From: an uncultured Verrucomicrobiales bacterium
GTDB lineage: Bacteria > Verrucomicrobiota > Verrucomicrobiia > Verrucomicrobiales > DEV007
NCBI GenBank assembly: GCA_964351855.1
Contig: CAYGQD010000008.1
Location: 5,937 to 69,936 of the forward strand
Length of the DNA stretch: 64,000 bases
Direction: 5' to 3'
Position 1 is the first letter of the stretch, and each line of letters begins with the position of its first letter. Both the position numbers and the translations under genes were made by a program. Under the pieces are notes generated by a model that worked only from the letters and a program-made list of their open reading frames with translations, was not told the DNA's origin and ran no database searches. This document shows positions 38,104-46,622 of this stretch, in pieces.

Positions 38104-39234
38104 ATGTCAGACCCTGTAATCGCCCGAGGACTAGAAGGAATCATCGCCAACGAATCCAAACTGAGCGATGTGCAGGGGAAGGAAGGAAAACTCTATTATC
38201 TCGGCTATGAGATCGACGATTTGGTGGAGAATACGTCCTTTGAAGAAGTTCTCTATCTTCTCCATTGTGGAAAGCTTCCGAACCGCAGTGAACTTCATGC
38301 GCTAAACACTAAGCTACGGGAGCAACGAAGCCTGCCGAAAGGGGTGATCGAGTTTCTTCGCAATGCGCCAAAAGACGCCGGCCCGATGGACGTTATCCGC
38401 ACCGGTGTTTCCATGCTGGGGCTTTATGACACCAGGGGCGATGATCAGAACCGTGATCTGAACGAAGAGCGTGGTCTCAGCATCATCGCCAAGATCCCTC
38501 TCATCATCGGAATGTATCATCGCTTTCGGCAAGGACTGGAAATTCCTCCGATCCGCAAAGATCTCCGCGAAGCAGCTCACTTTCTCTATCTCATCAACGG
38601 CGAAGAGCCAACCGAGTCGATGGCAAAGACGCTGGACGTCGCCTACATTCTTCATGCCGACCACGGGATGAACGCTTCCACGTTCAGCGCTCGCGTCACC
38701 ATCGCGACCCTGAGCGACATGTATTCGGCCATTACGTCGGCCATTGGCACCTTGAAGGGACCTCTTCATGGCGGTGCCAACGAAGGCGTCATCCACATGC
38801 TTCAGGAAATTGGCAGCCTCGATAAGGTCGATGCATGGGTGGATGAACGATTGGCCAATAGAGAGAAGATCATGGGAATTGGTCACCGCGTTTACAAGGT
38901 GCTCGATCCCCGCGCTCCCTACCTTCGCAAAATGGCCATGAAAATGACGGCCGATCTCGGTGAAACCAAGTGGATTGAGATGTCTGAGCGGATTGCTCAG
39001 ATCATGCTGGAGAAGAAAGGCCTGAACGCCAACGTCGATTTCTATTCCGCGACCGTCTACTACTCGCTCGGAATCCCGACCGACTTATTCACCCCAATTT
39101 TCGCGATTTCCCGAGCAGCGGGATGGACTGCCCAAGTTTTGGAGCAGTTGGACGACAATCGACTCTACCGTCCCCTGACCCTTTATTCTGGCGGACACGA
39201 CGCCAAGGTCGTTCCGATTGGCGATCGGCCTTAA
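38104..39234 (+). CDS. gltA: citrate synthase (about 375-aa type)
   Basis: ORF 38029..39234 trimmed to the ATG at 38104. HADHGMNASTF, GPLHGGAN and GHRVYK catalytic motifs. Confidence 0.9.
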   Translation: MSDPVIARGLEGIIANESKLSDVQGKEGKLYYLGYEIDDLVENTSFEEVLYLLHCGKLPNRSELHALNTKLREQRSLPKGVIEFLRNAPKDAGPMDVIRTGVSMLGLYDTRGDDQNRDLNEERGLSIIAKIPLIIGMYHRFRQGLEIPPIRKDLREAAHFLYLINGEEPTESMAKTLDVAYILHADHGMNASTFSARVTIATLSDMYSAITSAIGTLKGPLHGGANEGVIHMLQEIGSLDKVDAWVDERLANREKIMGIGHRVYKVLDPRAPYLRKMAMKMTADLGETKWIEMSERIAQIMLEKKGLNANVDFYSATVYYSLGIPTDLFTPIFAISRAAGWTAQVLEQLDDNRLYRPLTLYSGGHDAKVVPIGDRP

Positions 39235-39284
39235 GGGTCGAAAAAGCCGAAGAAGCGTTGATCCAGTTTCGAAACTGGCGGACT

Positions 39285-39344
39285 GAAACACCTGGGCTTA
39301 GCGAGAAACACCTGGGCTTAAAGAGAAACACCTGGGCTAAACGA
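39285..39344. repeat. 20-bp tandem repeat x3
   Basis: gaaacacctgggctta + 4 nt, three times (39285, 39305, 39325). The third core has one change. It lies between the convergent citrate synthase and GYF-domain genes. Confidence 0.85.
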
Positions 39345-39378
39345 CTTGCGCTGGGGCGCAAAGCAAAGTTGGCCGCGA

Positions 39379-39978
39379 CTAAATGACGGCCGCGTCGTCG
39401 CTATTGAAGTCGTTGGCGAGTTGCTCCAACTTTCCGAGCTGCACTTCGGGAATCCGATCAATCTCGATTCGCTCACCTGAACGCAACAATATGCTGAAAA
39501 CGCCAAGGTGTTCTCCGAGTTTTCGGCGGGCAGTCGCAATGTGGATGTCCGTCCAGTAGTAAACATCGAAGTCGAGCTTCCCGTTCAGCTTCTGGTGAGC
39601 AACACAGAGACGCTGATCCGTTGCGGTGACGACTGCTGGTCCCTTCAGCCGAATCGCGGGCTTATCCTGGACCGCAATGTAGTAAATTTCCTCCCCTTCG
39701 GCGGTGAAGTCCGATAGCTGGGCGAAGACTTGAGCAACGAGCGCCTTATCTTGACCATCATCCTCAAAATTGGCGATGGCCTGATGCAGGTCGAAGACTT
39801 CTCCCAGTGGTTTCCAATCGCCCAGTGCTTCGTAGTAAACCAAATCCGATGCCAAAACATCACCGTCATTCAGCAACTGAACGATCTGGTTTTGACTGTA
39901 AGGGCCGATAGGATCTTCCTCGCCGGTTCGAAGGATCGAGAAAATTTGATACTCCGGCAATTCCGCTGTGGTAGTCAT
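39379..39978 (-). CDS. GYF_2 domain + bacterial PH-like domain protein
   Basis: PIGPYSQNQIVQLLNDGDVLASDLVYYEALGDWKPLGEVF matches the GYF_2 pattern. The C-terminal half resembles bPH/YdbT-like domains. Start set at the ATG at 39978. Confidence 0.6.
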   Translation of the reverse strand: MTTTAELPEYQIFSILRTGEEDPIGPYSQNQIVQLLNDGDVLASDLVYYEALGDWKPLGEVFDLHQAIANFEDDGQDKALVAQVFAQLSDFTAEGEEIYYIAVQDKPAIRLKGPAVVTATDQRLCVAHQKLNGKLDFDVYYWTDIHIATARRKLGEHLGVFSILLRSGERIEIDRIPEVQLGKLEQLANDFNSDDAAVI

Positions 39979-40080
39979 TTGCTTCGTTTCAATTAGAGTG
40001 TCAGGACGCCCATGCGTTCGATCTGGGATTATCTTCAATGATCCTCAAACCCTTGCAACCGAAGCAAGTTTTCACTTCGA

Positions 40081-40569
40081 TCAATTTTTATCCGAATCGT
40101 CCAAGTCTTTTGCGCCGCAAAACTGCTCGCGCCACGCCTGCGGGACTCTCAAAGGACGTCCTTTCGGCATCTGGACGAGAGCGAGCTGCTGCCGACAGGT
40201 GACGAGGAGGTCATCATCCGCCGGTCGTTTGACTTCGAAGCTCATCCAGAAGCGGACCTTTTCCATCGATTCCAGGTGACCATGAATCTCGATCAGGTCA
40301 CCCAGTCGACCGGGCTTGCGGTAGTCAATTTCCGTTCGGACCACGACCGGAAACTCCTGGCGCTCCGCCATTTCCGTCAATTTCATGCCCATGAGACCGG
40401 CGAGCCTCGTCCTCGCGGTTTCAATCATCCGGAGATAGGCGATATTATGGATGACGCCGCCGACGTCTGTGTCGAAGAACATGACTTCTTCGGTCGTCGT
40501 GATTCGGGGAACTTCAGGCATATCGGTTGCGGGTTCTCCACCTCTGAATGTGAACCCTGACAAGGTCAA
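40081..40569 (-). CDS. acyl-CoA thioesterase, 4HBT/YbgC hotdog family
   Basis: FFDTDVGGVIHNIAYLRMIETAR matches the YbgC-type catalytic Asp region. The start may instead be the internal ATG at 40521. Confidence 0.75.
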   Translation of the reverse strand: MTLSGFTFRGGEPATDMPEVPRITTTEEVMFFDTDVGGVIHNIAYLRMIETARTRLAGLMGMKLTEMAERQEFPVVVRTEIDYRKPGRLGDLIEIHGHLESMEKVRFWMSFEVKRPADDDLLVTCRQQLALVQMPKGRPLRVPQAWREQFCGAKDLDDSDKN

Positions 40570-40690
40570 CCAACAGTGCGTTTCTTCGCGAAAGATCGTA
40601 AAATCACCGTCGCACCCATTTTATTGGATTTCTAAACTTGCAGGCAAGAAGGGCTCAGGTTAAAATTATGGAAATTATAACTTTTAAGAA

Positions 40691-41107
40691 ATGCGCCACT
40701 CTACCGACGACTCTTCCGCTTCCCCTTCCAATGCCGATCTTCACGGCGTCATCGCCCAAATCGTCATTCAAGTGGCTCGGCAAATCGCTACGCTGCGGAA
40801 AGAACAATCGACCGGGAGTAAACAGGTTCCTCAGAAAATCCAGCAAACGGCTGCTCGTCTTTCCCTGGAAATCGACGATCTCGAAATCCAAGCTGCCAAT
40901 CGTCCCAAATCCGACACCTGCCGAGAGAGCAAGTTGGAACACCAGAAGATGCTCGCCCGGATTCAGGACCTCCGCCTCTCCTTGCATTCCGAGCTCGCGG
41001 TATTGCTCGATCCCCAACCGAAGGCCGTTTCAGGAAAACTGGCGGAGAGCATGGCAGCGCTGATTGCGGCAGAAACAACGACGTTTCCCGAGCTATCCCT
41101 CAACTAA
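40691..41107 (+). CDS. hypothetical coiled-coil protein
   Basis: 138-aa ORF with heptad-like content. The overlapping ORF 40638..41063 in another frame is Arg/Ser/Pro-rich and looks non-coding. Confidence 0.35.
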   Translation: MRHSTDDSSASPSNADLHGVIAQIVIQVARQIATLRKEQSTGSKQVPQKIQQTAARLSLEIDDLEIQAANRPKSDTCRESKLEHQKMLARIQDLRLSLHSELAVLLDPQPKAVSGKLAESMAALIAAETTTFPELSLN

Positions 41108-41241
41108 AGGCCCGTTCGCTCAATCCCTCTCCCACCGCCAAAAGAATAGGCAATTTCGATTCGGAATCGTAAACTTTTAGGCATTGCCAATCCATGGCAG
41201 CGTGTGCTTGTTAGGAAACGTATCCTCGCGAGCATCAATCT

Positions 41242-41718
41242 ATGGCAAACTCTATCGGACCACTCCCGGTCGTCCATCTCAGTATGTTTCTTCTCCGCTG
41301 CTTCAGCGGAATCATCTTGATTTATTATCAAGGTTGGACCCAGGTTCAGCTGGGCTGGAACCACATCTGGCGGAATGATCCCTGGCCGATGGTGGCGCAT
41401 TTCGCGGACTATCCCGTGCCCGTTGCCATCTTTTTCTCGGTCATGATCGCGGTGTTCTTCTTCTTGAGCCCGCTCCTGTTCGCCTTGGGCTTTTTGACCC
41501 GCTTAAACGCACTTTCGATCTTTATCGGGATCATCGTCGCTCTCTCGAACGACCTTCACGACAAGCTTTCGTCGACCGAACTGACCTCTCAAACGATTCT
41601 CTTGTTCCTCCTCATCTCCGTTTTCTTTATTTTTAACGGCGGAGGAATGCTGGCTGCGGATCGCTTGTTTGATACGCGACGCGGTCGGGCGCGAATGGCC
41701 GGAAGCCTTTACTCTTAG
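41242..41718 (+). CDS. DoxX-like integral membrane protein
   Basis: Four hydrophobic helices, and an N-terminal LLRCFSGIILIYYQGW segment resembling DoxX. Confidence 0.45.
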   Translation: MANSIGPLPVVHLSMFLLRCFSGIILIYYQGWTQVQLGWNHIWRNDPWPMVAHFADYPVPVAIFFSVMIAVFFFLSPLLFALGFLTRLNALSIFIGIIVALSNDLHDKLSSTELTSQTILLFLLISVFFIFNGGGMLAADRLFDTRRGRARMAGSLYS

Positions 41719-41726
41719 GGTTTTGC

Positions 41727-42272
41727 ATGGATCAGATTCTCTACGAAGGAAAATACCTCAAGCTTGGTCACGACGAAGGCCAAACCTGGGAATACGTCAC
41801 TCGCGCGAATGCCAAAGGCGTGGTGGCGGTGCTCGCCGTGACGGACGATCGCAAATTCCTCGTCGTTGAGCAATATCGCCCACCGATTGGCAAATCCGCG
41901 CTCGAACTTCCCGCAGGCCTTGCCGGAGACGATCCCTATAAAGCGGACGAGCCTCTTCTCAGCGCCGCCAAGCGCGAACTCTACGAGGAGACCGGCTACG
42001 AAGCGAAAGAATGGCGCAGCCTCTTCGTGGGCCCGTCTTCCAGCGGAATGAGCGATGAAATGATCACCTTTTTCCTGGCGACCGGGCTGACGCGAGTTTC
42101 TGAGCGCGAACATCACGGAGTCGGCGGAGAACGGATTAAGCTCCACATCGTTTCCGTTGGTGAAACCGTCGATTTTCTCCAGAAGAAGACAGACGAGGGA
42201 CTGGTCGTGGATTTTAAGATCTACGCGGCGCTCTATGTGGCCCGGCAACATCCACTCTTTCCGGCGGGATGA
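41727..42272 (+). CDS. NUDIX hydrolase (ADP-ribose pyrophosphatase-like)
   Basis: Nudix box GLAGDDPYKADEPLLSAAKRELYEETGY (GX5EX7REUXEEXGU). Confidence 0.85.
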   Translation: MDQILYEGKYLKLGHDEGQTWEYVTRANAKGVVAVLAVTDDRKFLVVEQYRPPIGKSALELPAGLAGDDPYKADEPLLSAAKRELYEETGYEAKEWRSLFVGPSSSGMSDEMITFFLATGLTRVSEREHHGVGGERIKLHIVSVGETVDFLQKKTDEGLVVDFKIYAALYVARQHPLFPAG

Positions 42273-42529
42273 AGTGTCCGGGTTGTGGTCAGGTGCTTTC
42301 GCCCAACGCGAAGGGCTGCTCCAAATGTGGAGCGGGTGTCAAATCCTGGAGCCACAACGAAAACTATGATGGGTTGGATCTGCCGGAGGGTGAAGACTTT
42401 GACTACGAGGAGTTTGTGAAGTCCGAATTCGGGGAATCGAAGATCAAGCCGAAGAACCTCTCCTGGTTTTGGTGGATCGCCGGAGTTCTCGTCGCAATCG
42501 CCTTCGCCCGACTCATTTTCGGCGGCTAA
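42269..42529 (+). CDS. small zinc-ribbon protein with C-terminal TM anchor
   Basis: MKCPGCG...CSKCG zinc ribbon, acidic linker, C-terminal helix (WFWWIAGVLVAIAFARLIF). 4-nt overlap with the Nudix stop. Confidence 0.5.
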   Translation: MKCPGCGQVLSPNAKGCSKCGAGVKSWSHNENYDGLDLPEGEDFDYEEFVKSEFGESKIKPKNLSWFWWIAGVLVAIAFARLIFGG

Positions 42530-45438
42530 CGCAACGAAGAGAGATAGGCGACCAGATCCCGCAGGTCTTTCCGACTCAAACTCGCCGTCAATCCACTGGG
42601 CATGAGCGTACCGATGTCGTCGCGTTTCTGGATTTGGTTCAGCGGAATGGGCTCCACCTTTCCGCTGACCACGTCACGCAGCCAAAGCACGCCGTCCGCT
42701 TCGCGCTCGCGATAGCCGTTGAACGCGCGTCCATCTTTGGTGACCACGGAAACCGAAAAATAGCCTTCTTTGAGTTGCCGGCCCGGCCAGAGCAAGGCCT
42801 CTACCAGAAGATCAACGGGAACACCTGCCCCCACGGTGGTCAGTTCCGGGCCGAGAATGCCGCCGCTCCCTTCAACCGCGTGACAGGCCACACAACTGAG
42901 CAAGGGCGAGTGATAGACGCGCTTCCCATTGACGGGATCGCCGTCCGTTTGCACCTCAGCAACCAACTCGCGAACGAATGCGGGATCGTGTTCCATCACC
43001 CCGATCGGAACTCCCAGCTTCTCATTGATCACCGCCAGAAGTTCTGAATCGTTCCTCCCGAGCCGGGCCAGCGCCTGAGAAATCCGAGAAGCCGCCGCGT
43101 TCTCCAACGGACTCGCCGCGAGATGCTTCGCTAAAACCCGGGAACCTGCATCGCGACTCAAAAAGGGAGCCAGCAGCGCAGCCGCGCGATCCACCGAGTC
43201 AACCGCCTGCAGGAGTCCCGCCGTCAACTCCGCCGCTCGGTTGAGATCAAGCCCCGCCATCGCCGCAATCGCGACCGTCTGAATTTCCCGATGCGAGCCG
43301 TCTTGAGCCGCCGCGTTCAAGGTCGGAACCGCCCCTGAATCCGGAATCCGCGCCACCGCCGTCATGGCCGCAATCCGAATCTGCGAGGGCGTCCCTCCAT
43401 CACCAGCCATTTCCAAGAGTCGCCCCGCCAACGGGCGAACCTTCCACAATCCGGCTAATTCCACCGCCGCGGCACGAACGTCTTCATCCACATGCTTCAG
43501 AGCCGCCTCCAACTGAAGGCCAACGCTTCCCGCCGGTCGAACCTGGCGAACACGCATCGTTTTCTGAAGCACCGAGAGCAATTCCAGATCCGTCGGCAGC
43601 GCTTCGATCGCGAGCCGCAACTGCTCCGGTCCCCCCACTTGGGCGAGCACGAGAAGCAACTCGCGCTTCGACTCCGGCGTTGCCGAAGCCAATAGATCCT
43701 CCAAGACCCGATTCGCTCCCGACCCGCCATAGGTGCTCACAGCGAAGGCCAACTGCTCGGGATTCGCAAAGTGCATCCGTCCCTCTCGCAATGCCGGCAA
43801 CCAGACATCGGCCAACGCGTGCACCGTCTGCGTGAGCGCGTAGTCGATGAACGTATCGCGAGGGGAATCGAGAGCGAGCAGGGCGTGACTCATGGCTTCA
43901 GCCGTTCCGAGATGAGCGGCGGAAACAATCGCTTCGAGTCGAACCCGCGGATGCGCATCAGCGACCAAAGCTGACAGCCGCTCGGTTTCCGTCTCCCAGC
44001 GCCCAATCATCCGGGCCCCGTAGGCGCGAACCAGAGGCTCGGTGGAATCGAGGCAAAACGTGATCCCGCTGGATCGGCCGAGCGACTCCAGAACCTGAAC
44101 GCCAGCTAGCCCCATCGGATTCGCGGCGAACAGCTTCTCCACCTCAGTCGCGTCTGCGGTATCCGCCAATTGCCGCTGCGCTTGGTCGCGGACCCAACGC
44201 TCCGGCGAATCCAACTGCGCCCAAAGTTCGACCGTGGTCATCTCCGTCAACTTCGGAGCGACTACCGGTTCCCTCCCCTTTCGCGTGACGCGCCAGACCC
44301 GACCGTGAACACGATCCCGATCCGGATGCCGCAGCGACGCTTGATAATGACCAATGATCGGGTTGAACCAATCCGCCACGTAAATTCCCCCATCCGGTCC
44401 CACTTTGACTTCGACTGGCCGAAAGCTGGTATGCTTGGAAAGGAGCAGCGTCTGGCCCTCGGTTTTCTGAAATCCAGCGCCATCTTCGATCAACGGAAAC
44501 GCCGTCACCCGATTCGCAAAATAACCGGCGATGAGCACGTGATCACGCAGTTCCGGGAGGTGGCTCGATTCGACGACCTCGCACCCCATGCTCTTCCCCG
44601 GCGTCGCCGCCACCGTCGCCCGCCGCATCAGCTCCTGATGGTGATTCGTGGGAATAATGCCCGGCGAAACGTAGCCCAGTTGGGTGTTGTTCGACTTCAG
44701 GAACATCGCTCCCCAGCGATCCCACCCCAGCCCCCAGGGATTTTGCGAAGCCATGCTTCCCATGCAGAACGGCTCCAGCTTCAAATCGCGAATCCGCAGT
44801 CGCCAAAATCCGGCCTCTTCCCCACGGACAATGCCCCAAGGAGTTTCCACCCGCGAAAAATTGTGGAGGCCCTGCGTGAACCAGAGATCGCCTGCTGGCC
44901 CCCAGCTCAAGGAGTTGATGTTCTGGTGAGTGTCTCCCGTGCCGAAACCGGTCAAAACCTGCTTCCGCGTATCCGCTTTTCCATCGCCATCCGCATCGCT
45001 CAGAAAAAACAACCCCTCGCCTTCCGCCAGATAGACGCCGCCGTGACCGAGGGCAAATCCCGTCGGCATGGCAAGACCGTCGGCCCAGATCTCAGTCTTA
45101 TCCACCCGGCCATCGCCATCCGTGTCTTCCAAAATCAAGAGCTGATCGTTCGGCTTCCCTCCCGGCTCCACCTGCGCATAGGCCAGCGTGGTCAGAACCC
45201 AAAGTCGCCCGGCCGCATCCCAGCGCATTGCAATCGGGTTGGCAATGCCGTCTTCCTCCGACGCGAAGAGGTTCACGTTATATCCATCCGCCAGTTCGAA
45301 CTGGGCCAACTGGGCTTCTACCGAATTGTCTGCCGCCCGCTCTGCTACCGAGATCCCCACGCGATCCGCCGCTCTCGCGGAAACCACCCAGGCAAGCAAT
45401 AGCGCTGCGAAATAGACTCGGCTAATCGACCAGTTCAT
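42526..45438 (-). CDS. PVC-type 'membrane-bound dehydrogenase domain' / HEAT-repeat / CxxCH heme-binding protein
   Basis: Signal peptide. DGDGRVD / DADGDGKAD propeller-associated segments, a long HEAT-like helical middle, and C-terminal cytochrome c motif CVACH. Confidence 0.8.
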   Translation of the reverse strand: MNWSISRVYFAALLLAWVVSARAADRVGISVAERAADNSVEAQLAQFELADGYNVNLFASEEDGIANPIAMRWDAAGRLWVLTTLAYAQVEPGGKPNDQLLILEDTDGDGRVDKTEIWADGLAMPTGFALGHGGVYLAEGEGLFFLSDADGDGKADTRKQVLTGFGTGDTHQNINSLSWGPAGDLWFTQGLHNFSRVETPWGIVRGEEAGFWRLRIRDLKLEPFCMGSMASQNPWGLGWDRWGAMFLKSNNTQLGYVSPGIIPTNHHQELMRRATVAATPGKSMGCEVVESSHLPELRDHVLIAGYFANRVTAFPLIEDGAGFQKTEGQTLLLSKHTSFRPVEVKVGPDGGIYVADWFNPIIGHYQASLRHPDRDRVHGRVWRVTRKGREPVVAPKLTEMTTVELWAQLDSPERWVRDQAQRQLADTADATEVEKLFAANPMGLAGVQVLESLGRSSGITFCLDSTEPLVRAYGARMIGRWETETERLSALVADAHPRVRLEAIVSAAHLGTAEAMSHALLALDSPRDTFIDYALTQTVHALADVWLPALREGRMHFANPEQLAFAVSTYGGSGANRVLEDLLASATPESKRELLLVLAQVGGPEQLRLAIEALPTDLELLSVLQKTMRVRQVRPAGSVGLQLEAALKHVDEDVRAAAVELAGLWKVRPLAGRLLEMAGDGGTPSQIRIAAMTAVARIPDSGAVPTLNAAAQDGSHREIQTVAIAAMAGLDLNRAAELTAGLLQAVDSVDRAAALLAPFLSRDAGSRVLAKHLAASPLENAAASRISQALARLGRNDSELLAVINEKLGVPIGVMEHDPAFVRELVAEVQTDGDPVNGKRVYHSPLLSCVACHAVEGSGGILGPELTTVGAGVPVDLLVEALLWPGRQLKEGYFSVSVVTKDGRAFNGYREREADGVLWLRDVVSGKVEPIPLNQIQKRDDIGTLMPSGLTASLSRKDLRDLVAYLSSLR

Positions 45439-46417
45439 GAATTTGCGTTTCGAGTTCAGCGATCAAGGGCAAGGCCCGCTCAATTTCATAAGGGAACCAT
45501 CGCTTCTCGCTATCGACGTGATCCCGGCTACTCGGCACATGCTGCCGGTCGCCATAGAGAAAGGCCCAGTTGGTGGGGCGAAAATACTGATACCAGACCT
45601 GATTTTTCCAAGCGACCGCCTCTCGCAACCGCTCATCGACATCCGGCGATGGCTGTTCGGTCAATTGCTGAACCAGACGCTCGGCCACAGCCCGTTGTCC
45701 CGCATCGTTGAGATGAACACCGTTTTCAGAATAGGGTCGATCCGGCTCAAACTGATACAAATCCGCGAACATCAGTCCGCGTTCCTCACAGATTTCCACC
45801 ATCGCCAGGCAATACGCCACCAGCACCCGGTTCCTCTCTTTCGCCAATGCCGCTGCTGGCCCTGATTCGAAAAACGGCGTCGGCGTCACCACAATAATCC
45901 GCGGCGTGATTTCCGTGAGTCGGTCGAGATATCCCTCGAACGTGGTTCGAAATTTTGGCAGCGCCTCCATCCCCTCAAGCGATTCCATTTTTCCGAATCG
46001 AATCATGACGGTGTCCGGCTTCACCCGTTGGCGAAGATCTGCGGTGCTTCCGGGCTGCTTGTCGCGGTGCTCCGTTTCGTAGAAATATTGCGGCCGTTGC
46101 TGCCGGTCGATGGTATCCGCCTCCCAAGCGAGACTGCGCACCACCAACTGCTTCTCCGGCCAAGCCGCATGGAGCAGCGCCTCAAAATAACCCGTCCTCT
46201 GTTCCTCCACCACATTGGTTCCACCAAGAAGGGCGATCACTTCACCGGTGCGTGGTTCATAGGTTTCGCCAATCTCCGGGGGCCGCAGAGTAGGTGCTTC
46301 CAGGGCTCGAAGTGCACCGAACGCGTCAGCTCCAATCGGCTTGCCTGCCCATCCCACACCTTCGCAAATCCAAAGAAGGCAAAGCGCCAATCCGGCGGCA
46401 CGAGAAAGGGATTTCAT
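45422..46417 (-). CDS. secreted SGNH/GDSL-fold protein (catalytic motifs diverged)
   Basis: Start set at the ATG at 46417 (signal peptide MKSLSRAAGLALCLLWI). Block V-like GVHLNDAG. The block I position reads LLGGTNV instead of GDS. Its stop overlaps the downstream gene start by 17 nt. Confidence 0.55.
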   Translation of the reverse strand: MKSLSRAAGLALCLLWICEGVGWAGKPIGADAFGALRALEAPTLRPPEIGETYEPRTGEVIALLGGTNVVEEQRTGYFEALLHAAWPEKQLVVRSLAWEADTIDRQQRPQYFYETEHRDKQPGSTADLRQRVKPDTVMIRFGKMESLEGMEALPKFRTTFEGYLDRLTEITPRIIVVTPTPFFESGPAAALAKERNRVLVAYCLAMVEICEERGLMFADLYQFEPDRPYSENGVHLNDAGQRAVAERLVQQLTEQPSPDVDERLREAVAWKNQVWYQYFRPTNWAFLYGDRQHVPSSRDHVDSEKRWFPYEIERALPLIAELETQIHELVD

Positions 46418-46478
46418 AGGTTGAATCCTATCGTGATCGATCTCGGCATCAAGAACAACCGTCACCCAATGCAAAGAC

Positions 46479-46552
46479 CGCGCCTGGCGGGATTCGAACC
46501 CACAACCTGCCGATTAGAAGTCGGCTGCTCTATCCGGTTGAGCTACAGGCGC
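46479..46552 (-). tRNA. tRNA-Arg (anticodon TCT)
   Basis: The reverse complement GCGCCTGTAGCTCAACCGGATAGAGCAGCCGACTTCTAATCGGCAGGTTGTGGGTTCGAATCCCGCCAGGCGCG folds as a cloverleaf. It has a 7-bp acceptor stem, GCTC/GAGC D stem, GCCGA/TCGGC anticodon stem, loop CT-TCT-AA, and a T arm with TTCGAAT. No encoded CCA. Confidence 0.9.
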
Positions 46553-46622
46553 AGTTCCGGTGAATCTGTTGCAGGGAAGCCAGATTTCAAAGCGGATCTT
46601 TTCTGAAAGTTACGAGGAAACT

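Noticed and set aside
39285-39344. Possible CRISPR array
   Set aside because: There are only three 16-nt cores separated by 4-nt spacers, so there are no unique spacers of 25-40 nt. No cas genes are in the window. It is a simple tandem repeat.
40638-41063. 141-aa ORF in an alternative frame to 40691..41107
   Set aside because: It has Arg/Ser/Pro-rich composition with no structure-like pattern. The overlapping frame gives a more protein-like coiled-coil sequence. Neither is strongly supported.
44170-45402. 410-aa plus-strand ORF (and other long ORFs in 42469..45425) antisense to the HEAT/CxxCH gene
   Set aside because: The product is extremely Arg/Pro/Gly-rich and low in complexity. This is typical of stop-poor antisense frames in GC-rich coding DNA. 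The minus-strand protein has clear domain motifs and a signal peptide.
46479-46552. tRNA-Arg as integration site of a genomic island or prophage
   Set aside because: There is no integrase, transposase or phage gene on either side. By eye I found no direct repeat of the tRNA 3' end downstream. A computational search for a repeat of at least 15 nt would be needed to exclude it fully.
46028-46606. 192-aa plus-strand ORF spanning the tRNA region
   Set aside because: It reads straight through the reverse complement of tRNA-Arg and the antisense of the SGNH-like gene, so it is spurious.
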